A stretch of 64,000 nucleotides of DNA. Source: an uncultured Gemmatimonadales bacterium. GTDB taxonomy: Bacteria; Gemmatimonadota; Gemmatimonadetes; Gemmatimonadales; GWC2-71-9. The first letter of the stretch is position 1. The number at the start of each line of letters is the position of its first letter. Below, one piece after another: positions 9,725 through 19,380 of the stretch. Location: positions 64,001 to 128,000 of the forward strand of contig CAVOGR010000007.1 in assembly GCA_963695555.1 (NCBI GenBank). The letters are read 5' to 3'. A program made the translations under genes and the position numbers. The notes under the pieces are model-generated. The model had not been told where the DNA came from. It did no database searches and worked only from the letters and a program-made list of their open reading frames with translations.

Positions 9725-11053
9725 TCATTCCATGAGCACGAAGGTTGGCACCGAGCGCGCGAGCATAGTCCCGTCACCCACCGGTGGGGTTCCCCAACAA
9801 AGCAGCGCGCCGTCCGTTCGGATACCGCAGGAGTGCCACGCCCCGGCTTCGATCCGAACGAACGTGTGGCCTCCCGCGACAAGTGTTGGAGTGAGTCGGT
9901 CCGTCGTGGTACCATCTCCGAGCGCACCGTCCCAGTTCGACCCCCAGCAAAACCCCGCCCCGTCGTCGGTGACTCCGCACGTGTGAGCCCAGCCAGCCGA
10001 GATAGCCGTCATGGTATGACCGCCCGCAACGGCGGTGGGGACGAGGCGCTCGATGGCGCTGTTATCACCCACCTGGCCCGCTTCATTATCACCCCAGCAA
10101 TAGGTGACACCAGTGGTGGTAATCCCACACGAATGCCGAAGACCCGTCACGAGCGACGCGAAGGACAATCCTCCGCTCACAGGAGTCGGGACTGACCGGA
10201 ACTCAGTGGTGCCATCACCTAGCTGACCGGTGAAATTCGAGCCCCAGCAGTAGCCCAGGCGCGCGTTCGTGACTCCGCATCCATGGGAGTCACCTAGGGC
10301 AATCGATGCGAACGAAACACTCGGCCCCACAGGTAGAAGCCACCCTGCTCCCCAGCAGTGCGCCGTGCCGGCGACGATCCCACAAGTTGCGGGCCACCCA
10401 GCGCTGATATCAGCGAACGTAAGTCCACCTGCGACTGCCACGGGAGCCAGCCGGTCAATCGTCGTGCCATCGCCAAGCTTCCCGTAGGAATTATCTCCCC
10501 AGCAATACGCCTGACCCGACGCAGTGAGCGCGCACGTGTGGTCCCATGTCGTGATGGTCGTAAAAGAATGTCCTCCCGCCACCCGAGCCGGTGTGAGGTA
10601 TTCCTCTCCGAAATACCCTGTTCCCAGTACCCCCCTCCAGTTGAACCCCCAACAGAATGCCTGGCCGCTCAGGTCCAGCGCGCACGCGTGGCCTGCTTCC
10701 AGAGTAACGGCGAGGGCGCGGAAGGGTCGCCGGACCAACACATCCGCATTCCCTTGGACGCCTTCGGCCGTCGCCGTAATCATCACGGCTCCATTGTCGA
10801 GGCCAGTCACCATCCCGCTCGGTGACACCCTGGCTATGTCTGGATCGCTGCTTACCCAGAAGACCGTTCGACTTGTCAGAGTATGGCCCCCGGTATCGGT
10901 GAGGCGTGCCGAGAATTGCTGTGGCTGGCCAACAGCAAGTGTATCGCTCGCCGGGGACACTTCCACCAATGCAACCGGTTCGGGCGGCCCGGCCGGCTCA
11001 GAGCAGCCACCGAAAGCCAGGGAGACAGAGATAGCACAGAGACTGACACGCAT
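9725..11053 (-). CDS. Lipoprotein with Big_2 domain and 7 RCC1-like repeats
   Basis: Start ATG 11053 (MRVSLC), lipobox FGG-C, WVSSDPDIARVSPSG, seven CWG repeats. Confidence 0.88.
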   Translation of the reverse strand: MRVSLCAISVSLAFGGCSEPAGPPEPVALVEVSPASDTLAVGQPQQFSARLTDTGGHTLTSRTVFWVSSDPDIARVSPSGMVTGLDNGAVMITATAEGVQGNADVLVRRPFRALAVTLEAGHACALDLSGQAFCWGFNWRGVLGTGYFGEEYLTPARVAGGHSFTTITTWDHTCALTASGQAYCWGDNSYGKLGDGTTIDRLAPVAVAGGLTFADISAGWPATCGIVAGTAHCWGAGWLLPVGPSVSFASIALGDSHGCGVTNARLGYCWGSNFTGQLGDGTTEFRSVPTPVSGGLSFASLVTGLRHSCGITTTGVTYCWGDNEAGQVGDNSAIERLVPTAVAGGHTMTAISAGWAHTCGVTDDGAGFCWGSNWDGALGDGTTTDRLTPTLVAGGHTFVRIEAGAWHSCGIRTDGALLCWGTPPVGDGTMLARSVPTFVLME

Positions 11054-11218
11054 TTGGCTATCCATAGCACGGTGGAGATGAAGGATCCTACAAACTTGGA
11101 TGAAGCCTTCGTGGCTGCCGAAGCCTTCTAGTGGGGAGACGTCAGGACGGTCGGTCGATGGACCAACCAAGCAGCGGCTAGGGAAAACCCTAGTGGTCTA
11201 AGTACGCTCAGTTCCGAC

Positions 11219-11500
11219 TCACTGGCCTTGTTCTGCACCTCCGCCCCCAGACCCCGGGCGGCTCAACAGCCGCTCGGCGAAGTCGAGCCGCTCGTGGATC
11301 TCGGCCAGCTCGCCGTCCCGCGCCGCCAGCGCCCGATCGATCTCATCCCGGATGGCCTCCTGCAGCGCCGGTGTCACGTGGTCCGCCGGCAGCGTGGCCT
11401 TAGTGCGGACCCAGTAGCGCCAGCCCGAGAGCGTCATGGCGCCCAATGTGGTCACGATGACGAATATGCTTCCGAAGACCGCTAGGATATCCATGTCCAC
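11219..11500 (-). CDS. Small single-TM coiled-coil protein (paralog 2)
   Basis: GGAGG RBS, N-terminal TM, C-terminal ELAEIHERLDFAERLL. Near-duplicate of 11571..11834. Confidence 0.78.
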   Translation of the reverse strand: MDMDILAVFGSIFVIVTTLGAMTLSGWRYWVRTKATLPADHVTPALQEAIRDEIDRALAARDGELAEIHERLDFAERLLSRPGSGGGGAEQGQ

Positions 11501-11531
11501 GACATTCCTCCGGCATTCTGTTGGGCCGACC

Positions 11532-11558
11532 TACGGATGACGCGAGGGAAGAGTTTCC
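11532..11558 (-). promoter_or_regulatory. ECF-sigma-type promoter candidate
   Basis: Minus strand GGAAAC-N17-CGTA about 30 bp upstream of the 11500 start. Confidence 0.45.
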
Positions 11559-11570
11559 AGCGGGCTCGTC

Positions 11571-11834
11571 TCACTTGGGCTGTTCACCCGCCCCTAGCTG
11601 GCCGAGTACCCGCTCGGCGAAATCGATGCGCTCGTGGAGTTCGGCCAGCTCGCCGTCCCGGGCCGCGAGCGCCCGGTCGACCTCGTCTCGAATGGCGTCC
11701 TGCAGCGCCGGCGTCACATCACTGGGCTGACTGGCCTTGGTTCGGACCCAGTACCGCCAGCCGGCCAACGTCATGGCACCCCAGCTGACGAAAGCGACGC
11801 CCATGCTGATGGCCCACACCAGATCCGCGTTCAC
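11571..11834 (-). CDS. Small single-TM coiled-coil protein (paralog 1)
   Basis: GGAGG RBS, TM helix, GWRYWVRTKA and ELAELHERIDFAERVL shared with the neighbour. Confidence 0.78.
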   Translation of the reverse strand: MNADLVWAISMGVAFVSWGAMTLAGWRYWVRTKASQPSDVTPALQDAIRDEVDRALAARDGELAELHERIDFAERVLGQLGAGEQPK

Positions 11835-11934
11835 GGTGTACCTCCGAAATGTTACGGGAGATCCGATGGGTCAGGCTTCCCCTGACTATCGCACCTTCGC
11901 TCCACGAGACCAAGTCGCCGCCTTGCTGACCGAC

Positions 11935-13479
11935 TCACGACGAGCGCGTCTCCGCATCCCCCACTCCCAGCATCTGTTTGAGGTGATCGGCAAGCCGAAG
12001 CGCCAACGCGACAATCGTGAGCGTCGGATTGGCAAACCCGGCGGTGGGAAATACCGACGCCCCCGCGACATAGAGATTTTCGGTCCCATGCACCCTGGCA
12101 TCTGCGTCGGCGACACCGAAGCGCGGATCGGTATGCATCCGGGTGGTGCCGGCGTGATGATGCGCATTGGGATCGGGCCGGCCGGTTTCGACCTCCACTC
12201 GTCCGATGCCCGATGCCTCCACCCACTCGCGCAGCGTGTGCCGAAGTCGTTCCAGTTCGGCCTGCTCTTCATCGCGCCAGTGCCATTGGAGCTCAACTTT
12301 CGGCATACCGAGCGCGTCCCGGTCTCGCGCCAGCACAATCCGATTCTCGGGATGCGGCCGCTGCTCCAAGTTGATCAGCATGCGGAGTCGGTCAAAGCGC
12401 TGACGGCGAGGCGGAAGCCGGGACCAACCGTAACCAATCTCCAGACTTCGCCAGCGTCGCTCTACAAGCCAGGTACCAAGGCGTGAGACCACTGTCTGCG
12501 CGGCCGGGTGCGGCAGGAGCGTGATCGACACGTTCGGCAATTGGCTAGAGCGGATAGACTCCTCGCGGATCGCAAGGCGTCCCACAATCATGGTCCCGCC
12601 TTCGGCTCGATGCAGGTCGTAGAACTCGGCTTGGTGAACTAGGTCGGGGGTACTGGGAACTAGGGTGAGCGTGCGGTCTCGGGGATGCTCCATGAAGCAG
12701 CGACCCAGCCAGCCGTGCTCATTGCCGAGACCCCGTGCGCTCGACCCATCGGAAAGGAGAAGAAGCCTGACATTCTCGATCGCCCCTGCCGCCAGGACGA
12801 AGGCCCCCGCCCGTATCCTTATGCGGTTGCCTGATCCACTCACACATTCCGCTCCGACGAGCCGGTCTCCATTCGCTACGAGCTTGGTGACCGTCACATG
12901 ATGGTACAGACTCAGGTTACTCGCCCTGCTAACTGCGTGCACATACGTTTGGGTGAAGGGGCGGGCGAGGCCACATTGATACACTCGGGTGGTAAGGTGT
13001 TTGCCAAATGACAAGACGCGAGGCCCGGTAGAGGTCTCCCAGTCGGCACCGTCGTAGGCAAAAGCACCGAGGCCGCATACCACCTGGGCTCGTCGATAGA
13101 ACGGTTCCAGGTGCGGTCGATCGAACGGCCAGCCACTGAGAGGAACATCGGGGCGTGCCTCGAAATCGATAGGATCAAGCGGGACGTACTTTGCCCCCGG
13201 CTGGTCGGCGACGCTGGTGTTCCATGTATTCGCCGTACCACCCACTTGCCGATGGCGCGTGCGCCCCAGGCCCGCGTAAGGATCACCGACCACGGCCCCT
13301 TGGTTGAGGAGCTGCGCCTCGAGCTCGGCCTGAGACCCGCCACTCTCGAGGAGGACCACGGCGGCGGCGGAACCGATGAATTCGCGGGCCAGGGTGAGCC
13401 CCGCCGGACCTGCACCAATGATGCAGAGGTCTGCCTCGAGCTCAGTCCCACTTGCCAAGAGGCTCGCATCTTGCATCAT
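11935..13479 (-). CDS. GMC family FAD-dependent oxidoreductase
   Basis: IIGAGPAG FAD motif, LAAGAIENVRLLLLS, HHAGTTRM, NLYVAGASVFPT, ANPTLT. Confidence 0.92.
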   Translation of the reverse strand: MMQDASLLASGTELEADLCIIGAGPAGLTLAREFIGSAAAVVLLESGGSQAELEAQLLNQGAVVGDPYAGLGRTRHRQVGGTANTWNTSVADQPGAKYVPLDPIDFEARPDVPLSGWPFDRPHLEPFYRRAQVVCGLGAFAYDGADWETSTGPRVLSFGKHLTTRVYQCGLARPFTQTYVHAVSRASNLSLYHHVTVTKLVANGDRLVGAECVSGSGNRIRIRAGAFVLAAGAIENVRLLLLSDGSSARGLGNEHGWLGRCFMEHPRDRTLTLVPSTPDLVHQAEFYDLHRAEGGTMIVGRLAIREESIRSSQLPNVSITLLPHPAAQTVVSRLGTWLVERRWRSLEIGYGWSRLPPRRQRFDRLRMLINLEQRPHPENRIVLARDRDALGMPKVELQWHWRDEEQAELERLRHTLREWVEASGIGRVEVETGRPDPNAHHHAGTTRMHTDPRFGVADADARVHGTENLYVAGASVFPTAGFANPTLTIVALALRLADHLKQMLGVGDAETRSS

Positions 13480-13522
13480 GGAACTGCCCCGTTGTCTGAA
13501 GTGACCGCCGGAATCGGGAGAG

Positions 13523-14422
13523 ATGACCGCGATGTCCCAGCTGCCAGCCGTTTCCGTAATCGTGCCGACACGCGGGCTCCGTGAGCGCCACGGCTTGCTG
13601 CATCAAGCGCTGCAGAGCGTGCTCAGCCAGGAGGGTGTGGCCGCGGTGCCGATCCTCGTCATCAATGGACCCGAGCGAGACCCCGACCTCACGCGAGAGC
13701 TTCAAAACGATCGCCGGCTGAGAGTGATCGTCCTCGAGGATGCCAGCCTTCCAGCCGCCCTTCTAGCCGGCCGAAGAATAGTTGACACTCCGTGGTTCGC
13801 CGAACTCGACGACGACGACCTCCTGTTACCGCGAGCGCTTGCCGACAGGGTGGAGGCGCTCGCAGCCAACCCCGAGTGTGACGCCATTGTCTCCAACGGC
13901 CTCATGCGTGCCTCAACAGGTGACACGCTCAGTATGCGAGACACCTCATTCATCCGCCATGACCCCCTGCGGGCCCTTGCCCATGGAAATTGGCTCCTCC
14001 CTGGTTCGTATCTGTGCCGAACTGAGACGGTCGGGCCGGAGCTGTTCGAGGGTATGCCTCGATACCTCGAGTGTACCTACATGGCCATCCGTTTGGCCAC
14101 CGAGTACCGACTGCAGTTCTTGGATCGCCCAACGGTCGTCTGGCGGATGGACACGCCTCGATCCGAATCTAAGTCGAGAGCATACGTGCTTGGCCAGGCA
14201 ACGGCAATTCGACGGCTTCTGGAGCTGAACCTCCCGCCGGACATGCGAATCCGACTACGACACCGGATCGCCGACGCGTCATGCGACATTGCGAAGTTGT
14301 ACCTTCGGGAGAGGAACCTCGGCCCGGCATGGCACTGGTACTTCGGAACTCTTCGGCAAGCCGGCGGATGGCGATACCTCGGTTTCCTTCCGCGGTTGGT
14401 GGCTGCCTCACTCACGGCATGA
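13523..14422 (+). CDS. Glycosyltransferase family 2
   Basis: VSVIVPT...ALQSVLSQ N-terminus and ELDDDD (DxD) motif. Confidence 0.85.
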   Translation: MTAMSQLPAVSVIVPTRGLRERHGLLHQALQSVLSQEGVAAVPILVINGPERDPDLTRELQNDRRLRVIVLEDASLPAALLAGRRIVDTPWFAELDDDDLLLPRALADRVEALAANPECDAIVSNGLMRASTGDTLSMRDTSFIRHDPLRALAHGNWLLPGSYLCRTETVGPELFEGMPRYLECTYMAIRLATEYRLQFLDRPTVVWRMDTPRSESKSRAYVLGQATAIRRLLELNLPPDMRIRLRHRIADASCDIAKLYLRERNLGPAWHWYFGTLRQAGGWRYLGFLPRLVAASLTA

Positions 14423-14428
14423 ACTAGC

Positions 14429-16030
14429 GTGACCAGCCCTCCTTCCAAGATCCTGGTGCTGGCGATCGATGCCGCGAGTCCTGCCCTGCTCGAGCGCTGG
14501 GCAGGAGACGGGACCCTCCCCAACATCCGCTCACTTATGTCCCGAGGGCTGGTGGGACACACCCGAAGCGTGGACGGGTTCTTCATCGGATCGACGTGGC
14601 CGTCCTTCTATACCGGGGTGACACCAGCCCGGCACGGCCTGCATTACCTGGTACAGTTGGAACCCGGAACCTACGACTTCCACCGCATGGCCGACCGAGG
14701 CCTGGTAAGGAGCGACCCGTTCTGGATCCCGTTGAGCCGGGCGGGCAAGCGCGTCGCCGTTCTAGACGTCCCGCTTACCCGGCTCGACCCCACGGTGAAC
14801 GGCATCCAAGTGGTCGAGTGGGGAGGGCACGATGCAGTGTTCGGGTTTCGGGCTTGGCCTCCCCACATCGCCGACACGATCACCACACAGTTTGCTGCCC
14901 ACCCACTCGGCCCCTCATGTGATGCGATCGGACGGTCGGCGGAGCAGTATCAGGAGTTCGTCGAAAGGCTCGTTGAAGGCGTCCGCACCAAGGTGTCCGT
15001 GACGAAGGAGTTCCTCCTACGCGGCAACTGGGACTTCTTCATGCAGGTGTTTACCGAATCACATTGCGTAGGGCATCAATGCTGGCACCTGCACGATAGT
15101 GGGCATCCCGCCCACGACCCAGCACTGGCCGCTACCCTGGGTGACCCGCTCCGCCTGACCTATGCCGCTATCGACCAGGCAATCGGTGAATTGCTGGCGG
15201 TTGCCGGCGACGCGACAATTGTGGTAATGACCGCGCACGGCATGTCATACTGGTATGGCGCTCAGTTTCTCCTCCCCGAGATCCTCATCCGTCTTGGCGT
15301 CGCGCAGGCACCACCCGCGACTCCTAGAGACCGGGGACCGAGGGCACAGGCCTTCGCGGCAGCACGCTGGATGTGGCATCGGATCCCAGCCTCGCTGCGG
15401 ACCGGAATGGCTCCCATCCGCCAATGGTTACGTTCCGAGGGAACTCCTCGGCTGCCGACCATCGGTGTGGACCCAGCGGGCAGTCGCTGCTTTAGCCATA
15501 ACAACGGCCTCGCCGTCGGGGGGATCCGGCTCAACCTGGTGGGCAGAGAACCGCAGGGAACACTGGCGCCTGGGGCAGACGCCAGCGCATTCTGCGAAGC
15601 ACTTACTGCCGATCTCCTCGACATCATCGACGAGCGCACCGGTAGGCCTCTCATTCGGCGGGTCCTCAAGACCGCGGACCTCTACCAAGGCGCGTACTTG
15701 GATGACCTTCCCGACCTCCTGGTCGAGTGGAGCGACGAGGCCCCGACTGGGAGTACCGTTCTGGGGAATGGAACCGGGGCAGTCGTTCGGGCCCGCTCCC
15801 CCAAAATCGGGGTAATCGAGGGCAGCAATCAGTACGGCCGGACAGGTGAGCATCGGTCTGGAGGACTCTTCATCGCGACCGGTCCGGGTATTCGCGCCGA
15901 GACACTCGACAGGGAAACCTCGATACTCGACTATGCACCAACGTTTGCCACGCTGCTGGGTGTAGACCTACCTCAGTGCGACGGCCATCCGATCGCCGAG
16001 TTCGGGCACGCGGCGAGCGAGCCCGACTGA
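14429..16030 (+). CDS. Alkaline phosphatase superfamily (type I phosphodiesterase/nucleotide pyrophosphatase) protein
   Basis: VLAIDAA, WPSFYTGVTPARHG, HCVGHQCW, AHGM, GEHRSGG, SILDYAPT. Confidence 0.88.
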   Translation: MTSPPSKILVLAIDAASPALLERWAGDGTLPNIRSLMSRGLVGHTRSVDGFFIGSTWPSFYTGVTPARHGLHYLVQLEPGTYDFHRMADRGLVRSDPFWIPLSRAGKRVAVLDVPLTRLDPTVNGIQVVEWGGHDAVFGFRAWPPHIADTITTQFAAHPLGPSCDAIGRSAEQYQEFVERLVEGVRTKVSVTKEFLLRGNWDFFMQVFTESHCVGHQCWHLHDSGHPAHDPALAATLGDPLRLTYAAIDQAIGELLAVAGDATIVVMTAHGMSYWYGAQFLLPEILIRLGVAQAPPATPRDRGPRAQAFAAARWMWHRIPASLRTGMAPIRQWLRSEGTPRLPTIGVDPAGSRCFSHNNGLAVGGIRLNLVGREPQGTLAPGADASAFCEALTADLLDIIDERTGRPLIRRVLKTADLYQGAYLDDLPDLLVEWSDEAPTGSTVLGNGTGAVVRARSPKIGVIEGSNQYGRTGEHRSGGLFIATGPGIRAETLDRETSILDYAPTFATLLGVDLPQCDGHPIAEFGHAASEPD

Positions 16031-16136
16031 CGATCCCATGGGTTGCGGCCCCACCGACTCCTTTTCAGGCGCATTTCACGCTTCCTTATAGACCAGAGGA
16101 GAGTTTAGTAGGAGAGTAGGAGAGTAGGAGTCACCC

Positions 16137-16877
16137 TTGACACCACGCTGTTTCGTCCAGTGGACCCGAACAGTCGGGTTCACCTTCGTCACTCTCATGA
16201 TCACGTGGCCGCTCGCGGCGCAAGTGCCGGAGCTCGGCCCCAATCGGTACCGCGCCGAGCGACGGAGGATGGTCGACCTCATCGAGCGGCGCGGGGTCGA
16301 GCACCCTGCCACCCTCGCGGCCATGCGCGCTATTCCGCGGGACGAATACGTGCCGGAGGAGCACCGGAATCGCGCCTACGGCGACTATCCCGTGCCGATC
16401 GGGTATGGGCAGACCATTTCACAGCCGTACATCGTGGCCTACATGACCGAGATGCTCCGGCCGGTGCCCGGGATGAAGGTGCTGGAGGTCGGCACCGGCT
16501 CGGGATACCAAGCTTCCGTGCTCGCCCAGATTGGTTGCGAGGTCTACACCATCGAGATCTTCGAGGCCCTGGCCCGGAGCGCAGGCGCGCGCCTGAAGCG
16601 GCTGGGATTTGACGACGTGAAGATCCGGCACGGCGACGGACACTTCGGGTGGGCAGAGGCAGCGCCGTTCGATGCGGTGATCGTGACCGCGGCGGCAGGG
16701 TTCATCCCGCCGGCCCTGGTGGAGCAGCTCAAGCCGGGCGGCCGCATGGTGATTCCAGTCGGGAGTGTATACGGCATCCAGAACCTGATCCTGGTCGAGA
16801 AGGATGAGGCGGGAGAGATGCGAACCAGGAATCTCCTGCCGGTCAGGTTCGTGCCCATGCTGAGCCGGCTCCGCTGA
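16137..16877 (+). CDS. pcm: Protein-L-isoaspartate O-methyltransferase
   Basis: GQTISQPYIVA, VLEVGTGSGYQ, APFDAVIVTAA, QLKPGGRMVIPVG, VRFVPM. Start uncertain; the N-terminus looks like a signal peptide. Confidence 0.93.
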   Translation: MTPRCFVQWTRTVGFTFVTLMITWPLAAQVPELGPNRYRAERRRMVDLIERRGVEHPATLAAMRAIPRDEYVPEEHRNRAYGDYPVPIGYGQTISQPYIVAYMTEMLRPVPGMKVLEVGTGSGYQASVLAQIGCEVYTIEIFEALARSAGARLKRLGFDDVKIRHGDGHFGWAEAAPFDAVIVTAAAGFIPPALVEQLKPGGRMVIPVGSVYGIQNLILVEKDEAGEMRTRNLLPVRFVPMLSRLR

Positions 16878-16881
16878 CGAC

Positions 16882-19266
16882 GTGAGCCGCACGCCCCGCA
16901 CCATCGCCGTCATCTGCTTTTCAACGGGAACGCTCGCCTACGAGATCCTGCTGGTCCGGGTCTTCGCCATCGAGCACTTCCATCATTTCGCCTACATGGC
17001 CATCGGTGTCGCCATGCTCGGCTTCGGCGTGAGCGGCTCCGCCCTGGCGCTGGTCCGCCCGCGGGACGAACCAACCCGCAGGCGATGGTTCTTCCGAGCC
17101 GGCATCGCAACGGCGATCGCCCTGGTGGCGAGCCCTGGGCTGGTACACCAGATCGCGCTTGATCCGACGCAACTGGCCTGGGACGGGGGCCAGTGGCTCC
17201 GCCTGAGCCTGGTGTATGTCCTACTCGCCCTTCCCTTCGCCGCCGGAGCGCTCGCCATCCTCCTGGCACTCAGCATCGACCCGGAGCGGCCGGGCTGGAT
17301 ATACGGCGCGAGTTTCACGGGCTCGGGGCTTGGCGCCGGCCTGGCGATCGCGGTGCTCTGGATCGTGTCACCCACACGAGCGCTCGCCGTCCCAGCACTG
17401 GTGACGGGGCTCGGGTGCGTGGTCGCGGCATCCGGGGCCGAGCGGCGGAAGCGAGCCCTGTGGTCAGCGGGCATCGTCTGCCTGCTCACCGCAATAGCGG
17501 TGATCCGCCCCCCGTGGAGGTTCACCCTTTCTCCCTTCAAGGCACTGCCGCAGGTCGAGGCCTATCCTGACGCCATGCGGGTGGCGGAGCGGAGCAGTCC
17601 GATCGGATGGGTTGTCGCGACGATGGCGCCGGCATTCCGCTATGCGCCCGGGCTCTCACTTGGGTTCACCGGTGGATTACCGCCGCAGACGGGCTTGTTC
17701 GTAGACGGCGAGTTGACCGGTGCCGTTACTCGCTGGGGCGACCGGGACGGAGCGATGGCAGTGCTCGACTGGTTGCCAACGGCTCTGCCGTACGCCTTGG
17801 GCCGGAGCGACCGCGTGCTGGTCGTTGGCGGCGGATCCGGAATCGAAGTTGCGAACGCGGTGGCGCACGGTGCTCAACGGGTCACCGCCCTCGAGCTCAA
17901 CCCCGATATCGCGGAGCTCAACCGAGAGTTGGGCGAACTACCCGGAGACGGAATGCAAGACGTCGGGTGGGTGCTGGGAGACGCCCGATCCTACTTGGCC
18001 CGCGCCAAGGACACGTTCGATCTCATCACCATCGGCCCAGGCGGCGCGTTTGGCTCTGCGACCGGAGGAGTGCTCGCGCTGGGTGAGGACTTCCTGAACA
18101 CCCGCGAAGCGTATCGCGCCTACCTGGAGCGCCTGACCAATAGGGGCGTGCTGTCCATCACCGGCTGGCTCGCACTGCCGCCGCGCGCCAACGTCCGCGT
18201 CCTGCTCACGGTGGTCGACGCCTTGCGAGACGTCGTGCCCGATCGGGTCCCGCTCGCATTCGTGGTTGCCCGAAGCTGGGGCACAGTAACCGTCTTGGCA
18301 AAGCCGTCCGGTTTCCTTCCGGCCGAGATCGATGCACTCCGAGAGTGGGCAGCATCCCGAAGCTTCGACCTGGACTGGTATCCCGGCATCGCGGAGCCCA
18401 CCGATGGCTTCAACCAGCTGAGCGAGCCGGTCTTCTTCGAGGCCGCGATGGCGGCGGCGGCCGGCCGGGACGGCGCGAAACGGTTCGCTGAGTCGTATCC
18501 CTTTGACGTGGCACCTGCCACAGACCTCCGGCCTTACCCGCATCACTTCCTTCGGGTGCGTTCGCTGGGCGTTTTGCTGCGGAGCGATCGAGGCAACTGG
18601 TTGCCCTTCGCCGAGTGGGGAACGCTGGCACTCGTGGCCACCCTGGTTCAGAGCGTGGTCCTGGCCGGCATCCTCTTGATCTTGCCGGTCGCGGTGCGTT
18701 CCAGGAAAGTGGGCGAAGAAGGCCTGGCGCCGGTCATCGTCTACTTTGCGGCCATCGGCCTCGCCTATCTGGCGGCCGAAATTGCGGCCATTCAGCAGTT
18801 GAGCCTGTTGCTGGGTCACCCAGTGTACGCCGTGGCTGCCGTCTTGGCCGCGTTCCTACTCTTCTCGGGTGGCGGCAGCGTGTGGTCGGATCGGCTCGGC
18901 GCGGCGCGGCGAGTATGGGTACTCGGGGCGGTCGTGCCGGCCCTGCTGTGTTGGGTGTTGTTCTTGCCCTTGCTGGGCCACCTGGTACAGCCGGCCCCTC
19001 TCGTCGTGCGCGGGGCCGCAGCGCTCGTCCTCGTGGGGCCGGTTGCCTTCCTCATGGGGATGCCGTTCCCGCTTGGCATCCGGACGTTGGCGCGCGACGA
19101 CCAGCGGCGGCTGGCCTGGGCCTGGGCAGCCAATGGATTCGCGTCGGTCACGGCTGCTCCAATGGCCGCGCTGGTGGCCCTTACGTTGGGGTCCACGGCG
19201 GTGTTGATAGCGGCAGCCGCGGCCTACGGGGTGGCAGGAGGGCTGCTGTGGGCACACCTGCGATAG
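16882..19266 (+). CDS. Integral membrane spermidine-synthase-like SAM-binding protein
   Basis: Multi-TM N- and C-terminal blocks flank a class I SAM domain (VLVVGGGSGIE, GDARSYL, FDLI). Also LAYEILLVR, MGMPFPLG, WAWAANG. Starts 4 bp after pcm. Confidence 0.82.
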   Translation: MSRTPRTIAVICFSTGTLAYEILLVRVFAIEHFHHFAYMAIGVAMLGFGVSGSALALVRPRDEPTRRRWFFRAGIATAIALVASPGLVHQIALDPTQLAWDGGQWLRLSLVYVLLALPFAAGALAILLALSIDPERPGWIYGASFTGSGLGAGLAIAVLWIVSPTRALAVPALVTGLGCVVAASGAERRKRALWSAGIVCLLTAIAVIRPPWRFTLSPFKALPQVEAYPDAMRVAERSSPIGWVVATMAPAFRYAPGLSLGFTGGLPPQTGLFVDGELTGAVTRWGDRDGAMAVLDWLPTALPYALGRSDRVLVVGGGSGIEVANAVAHGAQRVTALELNPDIAELNRELGELPGDGMQDVGWVLGDARSYLARAKDTFDLITIGPGGAFGSATGGVLALGEDFLNTREAYRAYLERLTNRGVLSITGWLALPPRANVRVLLTVVDALRDVVPDRVPLAFVVARSWGTVTVLAKPSGFLPAEIDALREWAASRSFDLDWYPGIAEPTDGFNQLSEPVFFEAAMAAAAGRDGAKRFAESYPFDVAPATDLRPYPHHFLRVRSLGVLLRSDRGNWLPFAEWGTLALVATLVQSVVLAGILLILPVAVRSRKVGEEGLAPVIVYFAAIGLAYLAAEIAAIQQLSLLLGHPVYAVAAVLAAFLLFSGGGSVWSDRLGAARRVWVLGAVVPALLCWVLFLPLLGHLVQPAPLVVRGAAALVLVGPVAFLMGMPFPLGIRTLARDDQRRLAWAWAANGFASVTAAPMAALVALTLGSTAVLIAAAAAYGVAGGLLWAHLR

Positions 19267-19380
19267 GGTCCGCATTCCTCTCTGTCAATTCGAGCTTGCC
19301 AGTGAAGCGATTCCCGCCAAATTCATTGTGCTTTCAAGGTCCAGACCCTATCCTGGAATGTCTCCGACCTGGAGTGCGAC

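Noticed and set aside
7234..11053. Regularly spaced CCCCAGCA(A/G)TA-like repeats as a possible CRISPR array or DGR
   Set aside because: They encode the YCWG motif of RCC1 repeats. No cas or reverse transcriptase genes are present.
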